Shown: positions 26,430-38,874 of the stretch, piece by piece
Numbering within the stretch: position 1 is the stretch's first letter
Layout: each line of letters starts with the position of its first letter
Source of the DNA: Phallusia mammillata
Lineage: Eukaryota
Direction: 5' to 3'
Length of the DNA: 64,000 bases
NCBI GenBank assembly: GCA_965637545.1
Contig: OZ281495.1
Coordinates: 4,526,001-4,590,000, forward strand
Position numbers and translations under genes: made by a program
Notes under the pieces: model-generated
The model's database searches: none
Seen by the model: only the letters and a program-made list of their open reading frames with translations
Told to the model about the DNA's origin: nothing

Positions 26430-26572
26430 GAAGGGTTTGTAACGCAAAACATTGCCACGGTTGCCAGCCGATAACGTTGTTGGAACACTGAAATGCACTT
26501 GCGAAAACTGCGTATACCGTACAGTGTATTGCAAGAACACAGAAGATTGGGACATAAGCTGTGGTTGTTTAT
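26430..26572 (+). pseudogene. Degenerate Cys-rich CCP-like exon related to the F/G family (more decayed homologs at ~2095-2210, ~10005-10110, ~17845-17910)
   Basis: Reads LPADNVVGTLKCTCENCVYRTVYCKNTEDWDISC, with spacing similar to the G module (ITYTCTNGC..VSAFC...W....C). It is followed by the same tRNA-derived element as the G CCP exon. Confidence 0.4.
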
Positions 26573-26603
26573 GCTCATGTTTTTTTTTTTCTTATTTTTT
26601 TTT

Positions 26604-26707
26604 CACGGGGTTCGAACCCAAGACTCTCCCGGGGACGAATCCCGATCAGGGTTTTTTATGTCTGTATATGGGTCAGGCGCGCCGGACCATTCGGCCAAGT
26701 TCCTGCC
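26604..26707 (-). mobile_element. tRNA(Leu-like)-derived SINE-like element
   Basis: The minus strand has an A-box TGGCCGAATGG, a B-box GGTTCGAACCC and a poly-A tail. A close copy lies at 55176-55278. Confidence 0.7.
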
Positions 26708-28950
26708 AACTGACTATATTGACTTACTATTTGGCAACATCTAGGAAGTATGTTTTTATTATTTTTTAACCGCTAAGTGTCGTTACGAATACTACTTGTT
26801 AAATGCACAACAAACCTCCATCGTAAAATCAAACGTTTGGCTTGTGTTATCATTGATATCTGTTGAAAAGGAACAATTAGGACAAATAGTATTAAATCAT
26901 TATGAACCAACGTCAAATTGCAAGGAGATGGCACTTGACCAACCATTTATGTGTTAAGCATATTGAAATGGTGGGAACTAAATGTGCATGTAACACAACA
27001 ATTTTTATGGACCTGTTCATCCGATTGCCAGTTTGTCAGTTTGTGACGTTTGAGGCGAGTCCAGTCTGTTTAAGTTTCACCCGAATGACCTATAACACCG
27101 GTCTGGTAAGATATTTGGCCCTAAAACTTGTTTTCAACAAATGATGTTGTTACATTTAACTTTCTTTGAACAAAAAATGGCGGGTTTGTAAAAAAGTTTC
27201 AAGTTAAAACTTTTGGTTTGGTACTTTGCGATTTTTTCTCACGCAAATAAATAAAAGAAAAGATGGCCTTTTAAGCTTTTCGGGTGACCAAGAAGCTGTC
27301 AGTTACTTTTAAAGCATTTTTTTTCTTCAATTAAACGCAGCACGTTTCATACAGTAACGTATCCAAAATGGAAATAATGGCACCACAAAAACAGGTCAAT
27401 AATTCTACGAGGGCCACTGACCACAGAGTGTGCCTCAGGAAAGGCCATAGCATTGACAGGCATGCTGCCATCAGCCACTTGTGCCGTAACCGTGCACTAC
27501 CAACTTGTCCAAAGGCACAAACACACATTGTAAACAAATTTTCGACACTATTATACCCAAGTCAATTGAGTTTCTTCCATAAGCCGAAGTGTTGTGGCCC
27601 AAGTGGACCAATTCGTGTAAAAAGTACTACAAGCTAAGTAATGGTTTTTGCCTGTTACTTTTTGTAGTATCCGTGTGGCTTGAAATGCAAGAAGTAACAA
27701 CGCATATACACTACGGCTGATGTGTCTTTATGTTGGTCTTATTCATAAACAGGCTTAAAGTGGTCAGTTCACTAATACTCGTAACCCATACGCTCACCTT
27801 TGCAACGTGCTGGACAATACCCCGATTGTTTGTTGTTGCTCTTAAGCGTCGATATTTCCAATTCAGATATAACTTAATCATCATCAGATGCTCCAGTACA
27901 CAAACACAGAACAAACAGAATTTTTTAATTCTGCAACGGAGTCTTTGCAGTAATTGAGTGCAAAGTTGAGTGCACAAACGAATTTGCGACTGGATTTGCC
28001 TGGCATCTGAACACGCCCAATCAGTTACATCCCTGTGGCGCTTTCTGTGTTATCCTATTGTCCTTATGGCGCAAAGCGCGTTTTCAACACTTGAAAATCG
28101 ACTTTGCACTAGTTAACGCCCTTATCGTTCAGGGGCCCCACTTTAGTGCAATTTGACTTGATTACAGGATTTAAAGCTGTACTAATCTGTACACAGACCA
28201 CATTGTATGGGTTAAAAACATAGCGTGGTTACAATTTTTTCAAGAAAAAGTATACTGTAAACAACCAAAATTAGTCGTCCTTGCACAACTAGTGGAATAC
28301 CGTTGCTGGGACTTGGCGTGCTTGTCAAATCGTTACTGAACTGTTGCTGTCAGTTCCAGTTACGGTTTTAGCAATTCGGTTAGATATGTTATCTTTGGAA
28401 AAAAGTCCCTGCAAATGCGTTATGTTTCTCACATCTCTCTGTCAGATTCTGTGAACAGTCCAAAATCCAGTTACAACTGCTCATTACAGAAAATACCAAG
28501 TCTTTCTGATTTGTTATTATTTCTAAATTACCTTTAATGTTGTAATAGCTTAAAAAAGAACATCGACATATAAAGCGAAGCAGTTAACTACCAAAAGCCA
28601 GACGTCCACAGAAGGATAACACTTTGTTTCTTAAACCGGGCAAGATACGTTGGGCTCGCGGGTTATCACAGTTTAAAAATACTCCTGGCATAACCGGGAA
28701 CGAAAAAACACAGCTAATCGAGTGATGCGTGGAACATGAACATACACAAAGGATGACAGTAAAATAAAATAAAAAACTACTGCATGCAATCTTCTGGCGT
28801 TAAAGATTCACCGTCGAATAGTTAAGTTGGACTTATTTCGCTTGGCAAAAGAGCACATTGCCCCACAATGGCACTAAAACGATCACCGATGTTGTTAATA
28901 TAACAAAAAAGTGACAAATAGAAGCAGCATCGAAAACTTTTTGTTGTGCA

Positions 28951-31900
28951 TTATTTACTTGTCAGACAGCCGCCGGAGTTTTCTAACATATATTGCGCTA
29001 TTTCGTCTTTTATCTTATCTTCTGCATCACGGTAAGGTTTTTCTTGACTAATTCGTCTATTGTCGCGTTCCATATTTCTGCTTGACAGCATCTCCAGGTC
29101 TTTTGCCATTCTTTCTCGTCCATAAGCTTCGACTCGTTGCCAGAAAGTTTTGTTGAAATAATCGTATAGACGAATATCCTGAAAACATGTAAAACTAGAC
29201 AGAAAAAAAACAAACTTAAGTGACAATACTGAACGTGAGTTGAAATTAATAATGTGCCTAATATTCGATTTATCGAGTTAAGTGGACCTAATCGGCAGTG
29301 TTTCGAAGAGTCGGTTTCAGTCGAATAATTTGATGTGATTCGTCTGAAACTGAATCTTTTACTAAAACAAATTCAAAGCGTAAAGCGTGTCTTTTCTGCT
29401 CAAATACGTACCATAAAATTTTTAAACTCAGCTATTCTTAATATCGCGACAATAACTATGATTTTCATTAACGGTATCGTTTTGCCCATCCTACACGAAA
29501 AGTCAGCAATTCGTGGCCGGCGTTTTCGGGTGAACCCAATTTAAGCCGAGTACTTTAATCTCTAGTTAAAATCTTGTTAAAAAATCCTTCCTTCGTTTCT
29601 AAAATTGCGAAAATGAGATTATATAAGATATTTTTCACAAATTTATTCCTAAACTAAGCAAAGAATTCTGACTTACAATATTGTAGATTCGTTCAAATGA
29701 TTGTCTGTGTTTTTCAGTCAGAAATTTAGTTTCCCTTTGATAAGACTGAGATTTTCTGTTTCCAACAGACCATAAAACTTTCCAATCAAGACAAAGCAAT
29801 TCCTACAACAATACTTTGCTTTTAACTAGGTTTGAAAACCTAATTGTTTTCTCCATACCTATACCCTACATCAGGGCTACTCAAACTTTCATGCTCTGCG
29901 ACCCCATTTTAAAACAGAAATTTCTACGCGACCCCTTGATGGGTATGATGTATAGAAATACTTATATTATATATATACCATCCAATGGCGTCTAAAAAGT
30001 CTAAATTGATTCTAACTTGATACACAGATTGACAGTCTTAGTTTATATGACGTCATAATCTATATTGTCACGCTTGTGGTATCTGCTTTTTCGCATTGTT
30101 TGCACACATTAGGCATAAAAAAAATGTCTGGCGCATGTGGCTACTAGGCTGGTAATGCTCTTAGTTCTACAAAATGTGTTTAGAGCAGTTTAAATACACG
30201 GGAATGATGTTTAAACAATAAATGTACGCACGTATGCCATTTATTGTGACCAAAATTATATTACATCCCTAAAGTGTTGATGCGATCACGACACTCCAGT
30301 ATGCTTATCATAGTAAACCAGCCCTCTATTGAAGCCGTTGTTCGAATCAGCCGATCGCCATACATTTATATATATGTTAAGTCGTGGGTTTCAAAAAATT
30401 TTACCCAGCTGCGGGATTCGAACCGACGACAGGAGCTTTACCGTTGCTCTTCCGTGCTCTATCAATTAAGCTACAAAACCCTGTAACGTTTTGCAATTGC
30501 GTTTATTGTAACCGATAACTGGTGATTCTTGCAACCTTTCACTATGAAGCTGATGTGCAGTGTACTAGACAAACAACGGTACCTGTGATTCGACTTTCAA
30601 CTGACTCCCTGCCCAGCCTTTAGCTCAGTTACCAGTGCGAGTCTCAAAAGGACTTAGGTCGTGGTTTTAAATTCTACCGCAGGCTATATTTTTATAGCTT
30701 ACTTGCCCTATGGAACAGCGTGGTGACCGGTTGATTCGACATTACGCCTTCAATAGGTCCAGGTCAGTTAGATTTCTACATCTGTTGAAAAAATTTATCT
30801 GCCAAAGCAGCGCTATGAGGTGAGTCGGGACTTTACGATTTTTACGTTGTTTAAATATAATTTTATATTTATTTTACAAAACAAAAGTAACTAACCTTTA
30901 AAAGTATTAAGGACTCGTTTATGTACTCAGTTACCATAACCAGATCCAAATTTTGATCCAACTCCTGTAGTTTTCTGTTGATTTCGTTTTGGTCGTTTAA
31001 CATCGGATCAAAACCCAAATCATGTGCTTGGTGATTTCTCAATCTGTTATAAATTACAAAGTTTGTTCGATTTAGTTATCTTTAAGTTATGGATATATAT
31101 CTAGCCATTTTTACAAAGATTCAATTTCGGCACAATCAAAAAAGCATATTCAAGTTGCCGACATTCATTGTTAGTTGTCAGTAACTTGATACCACTGCTG
31201 AAAATTTTGTTTTATAGGAATGTATTTCAAGCCAAAAGGATTGTTGTGGACGCTTTCTTTTCCCTACTTCACAATCGACTGTTGCACGATTTTCATTAAT
31301 TAGAGCTTGGGATCCATGGCCTGACACTAGTTGAGAACCAACGCATTGCCAGGATCATTTTAAAAGTGATTTTGCAGCACATCAATAATACATATTGTTG
31401 AAACTGGTTTACCTAAAATACCACGGAACATTTGAATTCAACCAATCTGGTGAATTGAGTAGAAATTCGTTGAAATCTGTTGAGTTTGTTATCTGTTGAA
31501 TTTGCCTCAGGTATTGGAATGGCATCAGCAGACAATTTTCATCACTCTCTATCCTCCATTCGTAAAAATAGTAGGAGGATTGAAAAGCTTGCCAGGGTTC
31601 CCGAACAATGGAAAAAAACCTGAAAACATATTCAAGAGCTCCAAAAAGTAAGTTAGCGCACATTTTGTTTCATATAGATCTAGCATTTAGAAAACGACGA
31701 AATTATAATTCAGTTATACAAGATATTCTAATAATGGTGTTTAATCGAAGTTCAAAATACGTAAGAATTAAATCTTGGTTAATTTAATGCTTTGTAGTTT
31801 AAAATTTTTTTGGCTTCTATAGGGGACAACAACTGCTAATCAAATCCGATTTTTGTAGGTCAGCATTAAGAGAAATTATTGTTCAATTGCTGTTAAAACA

Positions 31901-33800
31901 TAAACATCCGAACTAATAATTAAATTACTAAAAAGCGTCAGAAAAATGACATCTGTTGTATTCCAAAAATCCAAAAACCATGGCGAAATTAGATGTTTAA
32001 AAAAATACTTTGGATGGTCACACTAGCAATCACGCCCTATCTTTTTTCACCTGCTAAACTGATGGATCCATGTTGGTCAAAACAGTGTGCATTTTCAGAA
32101 GCGTACAATAATTGGCTTGATGCTTTCACATAAAATGACATTGACTCATACTTAAAAATGGTTAACCCTTTTTTGACATGATTAAAACAAAAGCCTTTTC
32201 GCGAATTTCAAACCTCGTGTTGGTTGGAAAGCATTTCTTCATCTCGTCGGCGTCAAACCGCGAATGTCGGATGAGAGCAGTGCAGTAATTTGGAAACTTA
32301 AACTTGCACTTGAACTTTCCAGGATAGCCGCCGATAAAAGGTTTGGGTTGGGCTCTGCAAATGTTCTGAAAACAAATTGCTGATCTTTCAAAGTGAGATA
32401 TTACAAAAATTCGTTTATAATCAGTTGCAAGCAAAATGCTTTTCCTACACAACCTGTTTGTCTGTAGTAAGAGAGGAATTTATGAAGGTAACGTGGAAAA
32501 TCGTTAGTTACCAAACAATCAATCATTAAAAATGAGATTTTATGTTAAAAAAGCAATGCCAAAAATAAGAACCTAGTTGTTTTGTTGTCATTTATTGCAG
32601 GATTTAAGGAGTAAAGATATTGGTTAAAACAGTAGGATGGACAGCTAGCATTTTTGCCTTATAAAAACCAATGACATTTTCATGTGATTAAGCAGGTTCG
32701 AGTTTTTGGCCATTAAACTTATATCTAGTCCATTAGTATAACTATTATTAAATGCATTAAATAAACAAACAAACTTATCACCACAAGACCAAATTTTGCC
32801 AAGAACATTCATTACAAACATAATAAATACTAGTTAGTAAATTTAAACAGCATTTTTCTCACCTTATTCCAACCGTGTAGTTTTAAAAAATCTAACATCA
32901 AATCTTTAATACTGGTTGAGCCTGTTTTGTGGGTTTTTATAAAAACAAAATTTGAGACCGGATTTTGGCATTGTTTTCTTGTTTCTCTCAAAGAATAAGA
33001 GTTGTCGATATTTTCCTTTTTATCCGAATGAATTCTTTCAGTGGATTGATTGATGTGCTGAAACAGGAAGGTATGGTTATAAATATTTTGTTGAGTCTGT
33101 TTTAAGACATATAGAAAAATTAAACCTTTATTGCTCGTTTTCCAAAGCTTTTTTTAAGCATAGATTTATGCCTGAATGGGGTTGACAAAAAATGCACCCT
33201 TTAAAATAGTTTACAATTGACAAAATACAAAATTTGCACTTGTTTCTGGAGTTGTATAGTGTGTATTAGTTAAGGAACTAAATATAAGCGTTATGGTTTT
33301 ACCTTTAAATCCTTTTGTAATATTAAAAACTGTTTTTGACCACTCGAAGAGAAGTAATTGACCAAGAAAAAAATTAACAAAAATCCCACAACGAATTTAA
33401 CAATTTTTTTATACATGACGTTTATCAGTTAAAAATGATGCACTGCAAAACACTGGTTTGTTAATTACAGCTCAACTCATATAAACGTAGAGCTACCAAC
33501 ACGACAGCATGCGGCAGGCCAACATTTTACTCTAAGCCTCACGGAAGGACCATGATTTACACCATACCTGACGGAAAAAATGGGGTCACATATAAACGAT
33601 GGTTTATTTTTAAACTGGCGCCGCGCAAATGGTTGGAGACCTCTGCTATAATAGTCAACGGCATTCAACAGCAAGATACATACCATCTAATTTAACACAC
33701 GAGAGACTAAAAAAAACTATTGAAAAGGTGCACAAAATTACTACAAAGGATTCGCATTTCAAGGTAGCACTTCTTCGCTTCGTAACATTAATACCTGCAT
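28951..33800 (-). CDS. Galactose-3-O-sulfotransferase (GAL3ST family), type II Golgi membrane protein
   Basis: Exons 33057-32863 (CQNPVSNFVFIKTHKTGST, 5'-PSB motif), 32365-32214 (GYP..F..RHSRF), 31619-31413 (FSIVREP..FQSSY, 3'-PB motif), 31043-30896 (RNHQAHDLG..DLVMVTEYINESLILLK), 29802-29677 (ELLC..) and 29178-28951 (DIRLYDYFNKTFWQRVEAYGRERM). The phases join. A likely signal-anchor exon at ~33800-33680 (FVVILCTFSIVFFSLSCV) is present, but the start codon and the link to it are unresolved. Confidence 0.9.
30400..30482 (-). mobile_element. tRNA-derived SINE-like element
   Basis: The minus strand has an A-box TAGCTTAATTGATAGAGC and a B-box GGTTCGAATCCC. Its 3' end, cgcagctgggtaaaa, resembles the element at 35381-35450. 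Confidence 0.65.
30615..30685 (+). pseudogene. tRNA pseudogene or SINE head resembling elongator tRNA-Met
   Basis: AGCCTTTAGCTCAGTT..AGTCTCAAAAGGACTTAGGTCGTGG..AGGCT: the acceptor ends pair and the anticodon arm is foldable, but the B-box is degenerate and the CAT position reads CAA. Confidence 0.5.
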
Positions 33801-35380
33801 CACACACAGCAACTAATATTACAAGTACTTCTAAAGTCAACAAATAATCTGAAATTTATACCAAGCTGGCACTATTTGACTACATTTGCTTGCTTTGTAA
33901 CCTGCCATAGCGGCGTTACACGCTTCGCAAACCAGTTATTCAGACAAATGAACAGCAACGGATGTAGCGCACATTGCACCATGTAAAACATACGAATATA
34001 TTGTGAAGCGGCAAGTTGTGTAACTGTATAGAGCAAAATGCAAAATGCTTTACCACATAGTTACTAACATACATTGCCACAGAGGTTCAATAGCAATTCA
34101 TATGTTTCTGCGATGCCGGTCTACTTGAAATTAATTACAAATATTTTCATCTAGGGGTTATATTGCCAATACCATAAGGTCCTTGCTTGCACCTTCAAAA
34201 GTTTCTTAACAAACCAAAACAACATGTTATCATAGGAATTACTAACCAAACATTTGCCATGAGATAATTCACCTCATAGTAAAAATGTGACATACTTCAG
34301 AGATTAATACATGATAGTAAAGGTTTTTGTATTTCTTCATAAAAAGGATGAAAAAATTCTAGCAAACAGATACAAGTTAGCATTTAAGTGCAAATCATCA
34401 TAATTTGAAAGTTGTATTTTCTGCGACAACTGAAATACTGGCTTGTATTATTTTGCTCAGAATATTTAGAACATTGTGTACCCAGGGATGAAAAATCTTT
34501 TACTTCATTTGGTCAAATATTGTTTACAATGTCACCAATGTCATACACTCGCACTGGAAATTACTGTTAAAATGAATAAAATTGAAATTAGGTTGTTTTG
34601 CACAGCTACGCTGAATACGTATTCATGACTGATAGCAGTTTTTTTTAAGTTTTCGACTACAATAGACCTGATATACTATGATTTATATTTGAGTATGTTG
34701 TAATCGCTATAGCCTGTATGAACGCTTCAAGGCTGATCCCAATAATATATTCGTCACTTGATTAATGGTAAAGCCGGCTATCCCCTACCACAAAGCTGAC
34801 ATGCACAGAATACGAGACAGGCAATGGTGCTTGTGATTCGACAAACGACTTTTTATGGTTTTGCCAACAATCCATCGATTCTATAACTGAAAATATCACC
34901 AACGATTCTCGATATTGTAACCACGGTGAAATTTATATTGACATTGAATTACAGTAAACGATTTCTGGCTGATAAGTTATAGATATAAACAACAATCCAG
35001 AACTCTTGCCAACCTAGCTTTTGTGAGCAAGCATTCTTTACATGTGAAACCGTGCGCTTTGGCCCAACTTCATGTATCAAAGTCAATTACTTCCGGATGA
35101 TCAATCCTCTTTCAGTTGTACAGACATTGTGCGTTACAAAGCTTTCATGAACAGAATATAAAAAATAAATGCACAGAAGCTGTACTGCGGTCTTAAAAAG
35201 TGGTTGCTGTGCACTTTGGAAAAAATATTGCAACCAGAGTAGTACGTGGGCCTACAATTTAGGTCCGAACTCAACAGGACAAGATCCCAAAACCAGAAGC
35301 AAACTTGTTTTTATAAGTTACATAAATTTAATACTGGTATCAATCCTAAAGCATCCATGAGGACCACCGATTAAAAACAC

Positions 35381-35450
35381 ATTTACCCTGCGATGAGATT
35401 CGAAACCTCTACAAGTACTTTTCCAAATTACCAACTGAGCTGCATAGACT
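35381..35450 (-). mobile_element. tRNA-derived SINE-like element
   Basis: The minus strand has an A-box GCAGCTCAGTTGGTA and a B-box-like GTTTCGAATCTC, and ends cgcagggtaaa. Confidence 0.55.
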
Positions 35451-37239
35451 GAGTGGGGAACCTGTAGAAAGTCGAATTACAGCTTTGTAGTTTGTTAAAG
35501 ATCGAATAAAAGTCCCGATATTTGTGAGTTCTTGCCTTAACATTTACCGAACCGAACACCCAGGCTAGTTAAACAACAGGAATTAATTACAAAAAACGGA
35601 CGGACATTTTGGAAAAACTCAAGGCTAACATTTTTTAAAAATGTTCGTTTATTGGTACACAACTGTGCTAAGGACATAAACTTAAATTTTCGGATCGAAA
35701 GTGTTTTAGCAGCTAATATTAATGGTATTGTCAAACGTGATCAAATCGTTTAAAAACAGACATGCAAAAACGGTATTAGTAGTCTGTCGTCTGCAGGACG
35801 TGTCACATTGTCGCTATACAACAATTTACTCACTAAGTGTCGCACTTGAGCAGTGTAAGAATTTGATATTTTAGGTTTGTCACTTGAGGGAGTAACGAGC
35901 AACACATCAGCACATTTGGGTAAGATGTTGACAGTTTATGAGTTGTATGTCAGTTTTGTTTTTGTACATTTCCGTAATTTGACAAAGGCAACAGCATATG
36001 CCTTGTGCATTAACTTTACAAAACAAATACTTCAAAAAGCGACCCACTTGTTAACACGAATGTCATGCTTTAAATCAATTTTTAGATCATTTTTTACTTA
36101 GTTTTATTGTATTACGGCGCGTTGATATCATTTAAAGTTTATGCCACATTTAAGCATTTAAAAACATTTACTGAAAAAACAGTTTTTGGAAAAAAACACA
36201 GAAAATCTCGCATGTGTGGTAGTTGACATACTTACTTCGAATTGTAATTCAAGGTAAATTTGGGGATAATTTGAAAACTAAATTTTGGAGCCTATACTGC
36301 CTTTCATTCAAGGTCAGTGGTTGTCTCTATCAAGCACGAACCACAAGGCAAATAAAACACAGATGTTCGTAGTAGGCTATAATGGGATCAGCCAACAGAA
36401 TTTTGTTAATCACAACAATAAAACTGCTGATGAAGCTCGATTTTGCTTGGAACAGGAACACTAAAAAGCTATACAATTTACGATTTGTAAACACTGGTGT
36501 CTTTGAAAGAGTCGGTGAACGTGACACGAGCTTTACGGCTTTTTATATGCTCCAATTGTATGCAAACTAACATCAGTTGACTAGAACAAAATCACTTTCT
36601 TTTCTGAACAGAATTCTAGTTCCTGCATGATAAACCGACATAAAAGACTCGTTAATAAATGCCGACGATAAGAATGGCATAGTTTATATTATATATCTGT
36701 TTTTATCATATATATTTACAGTCAAAAATCGCTAAGCTTATACTCTACAGGAAATACCCCAAACAATAACATAAATTTCACAGACCACAACTGAATCCTA
36801 GAAGTTTTGTCAGTGCTCATTGTTCTCATTGCTCCACAACATGAGCTAATTTATTAGCGCAAAGTAAAGAATGGCATTTTAACCCAACAGCGATATACCG
36901 TTAGCATATTTACACTTTGTACAAAACAAAACAATGCAACAAGATCACTCAACAGCAAATGCGTATATAATTGAGAAAAGTAAAATGGTCGAATGAAAAG
37001 CTTACATTGGGATAGGGCAGATGCAAATTTCAATATCGACATGGAAAAGGGCCTTTCATGTTACTACAAGTGGTTGGAAGAACTTGATTGGATTTCGGAC
37101 GCTAAAGTTATTGTTGTCGGCTGAACTTGTTTTCTGCATGTGAACTGCTGAGTTGCAGGATATTTTCATAGCGACGTGACTGTGTTGTTTTATTGTCTAT
37201 GGCCACTCTTTCTAACGACCGTCAATTGTTTAACAATGC

Positions 37240-38320
37240 ACACCTTTGCCCAACTTAGAAACAACCCCATGAACGACAACGGAATTGTGGTGTAAAACAA
37301 TAATCGTTACCGTTTCACGCTTAGACAAGCCTAATATAATAGCCTATCCAGCTATTGTGTCTGCAAACCAACGTTGTCACAACCGAGCAAAGAGGAACTA
37401 CAAAATTTAACAACCTATTAAAGGTTACATGGCGTCAGGTTTATGGGGGTTTGAAAGAAACTGAAGATCATTTTATTTTTAACTGCCCCCTTTTCAACAC
37501 CTGTCGATCAATCGTAAAGTCGGGATCACGTTTCAGAGGAAGTGTATGTGGCGTAAAACTGCCATTTTAGTGAGTATGTTTTTTTCAAATAGTTGTCACA
37601 ACATTACCACCAATCGCTCAACTTCATAAATTCTTATATATATGCAACATAAAATACGATGGAAACATAGAAAAGAAAAATGAGATTTTAACGCAACAGT
37701 TTCTTTACATTTTCAACAAAATAAAGTAATTCAATAAAAGCACAGCGCAAGAGTATATAGGTGTTGATTTGTTCGAGCAATTTAAGAAATAGTATATTGG
37801 TATTAAACAGATGAACATTCAAGATACAACCATAACATATAAAATAGCGTGAGGACTTAAAATTGCTACAAATTGTTGGAAGATTCTTAGAATAATTAGG
37901 ATAAAAAAAAGTTTGTCGATACAACTTGTCATTGATACCTGACTGCTTTGTTGGCGCATGTTTTATTTGTGACGACAATATTGTTTTATTACCAATGGCA
38001 ACCGCCACAAAACAATATGTACCTGCGCCCAACTTAGAAACATTCCCTTTAACGACAAAAACAATATAATCGTCACCGCGCAGGGACATGTTTCGTGTCA
38101 ATTTTATCACTTTAGCTATTGAATGTCTGTAAAGCAACATCCTAACAACCAGACAAACAGGAACTCGACAATATAACAACCAATGAAAGATTTGATCGCT
38201 CTTTTGGGATGTGTACATTACACAAGAAATTTACGATCATTGTATTTTTAACTGCCGTAATATCGACACCTGCTGACAAGTTGTAAAATAGAGATCACGT
38301 ATCAGAGGACTTTTGCAAGT
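37240..38320 (+). repeat. Diverged local duplication (~37240-37560 and ~38010-38320); possible non-LTR retroelement 3' fragments
   Basis: Shared blocks cccaacttagaaaca..aacgaca, gatcatt.tatttttaactgcc and gatcacgt.tcagagg. The first copy reads ETEDHFIFNCPLF, like the C-terminal zinc-knuckle region of non-LTR ORF2 proteins. Confidence 0.45.
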
Positions 38321-38874
38321 GCATGTTGGTAAAAGTCAACCTCTTATTGACCTTTCAATTGTAAACTGATTAAACTGTGAGGTAAAACGAGCGACAAAAA
38401 CGAATTGAATTCAAGTCACCGAAACTATTCCACGACAGCTGCAATGTCAATAACTTTAGAAAAACTTTACAGAAAATCCGTAAATGTAGGACTGTTCGTT
38501 ACGCAGCATTTAATCAAACATTATCACACTAATAATAATGCGTGATGTAAATTAAACAAAACTAAGAATATGTGCAAAGAAGACGATTTTGAATGAAGTA
38601 ATAATTTGCTGATTCTTGATTGCGAATCCGGCAAAACTCGCCTCCGTCTCCTACTTTCTGAAAACATTTGGCTTTAATGAACCACTAGAACCAAACAAAC
38701 ATGATTTATCGATAAATGTCGGTTTTAAAAAGTATGTTAGCCAGCATAAATACGAATAAAAAGTACGAAACTTTTCTTCAAAAAGACATGTTATACATGT
38801 TTGAAGCCAATACGTAAAGGCTAATATACTTTGAAAACTAAACATTCAGTTTACTCACATTGTAAGAATCAAGA

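Noticed and set aside
26604-35450. Functional tRNA genes
   Set aside because: Stems are broken, arm lengths are abnormal or the B-box is degenerate; treated as SINE heads or pseudogenes.
37688-38218. Longest unexplained ORF (176 aa, minus strand)
   Set aside because: No recognisable motif, AT-rich low-complexity end, and it is antisense to a duplicated decayed block; probably chance.
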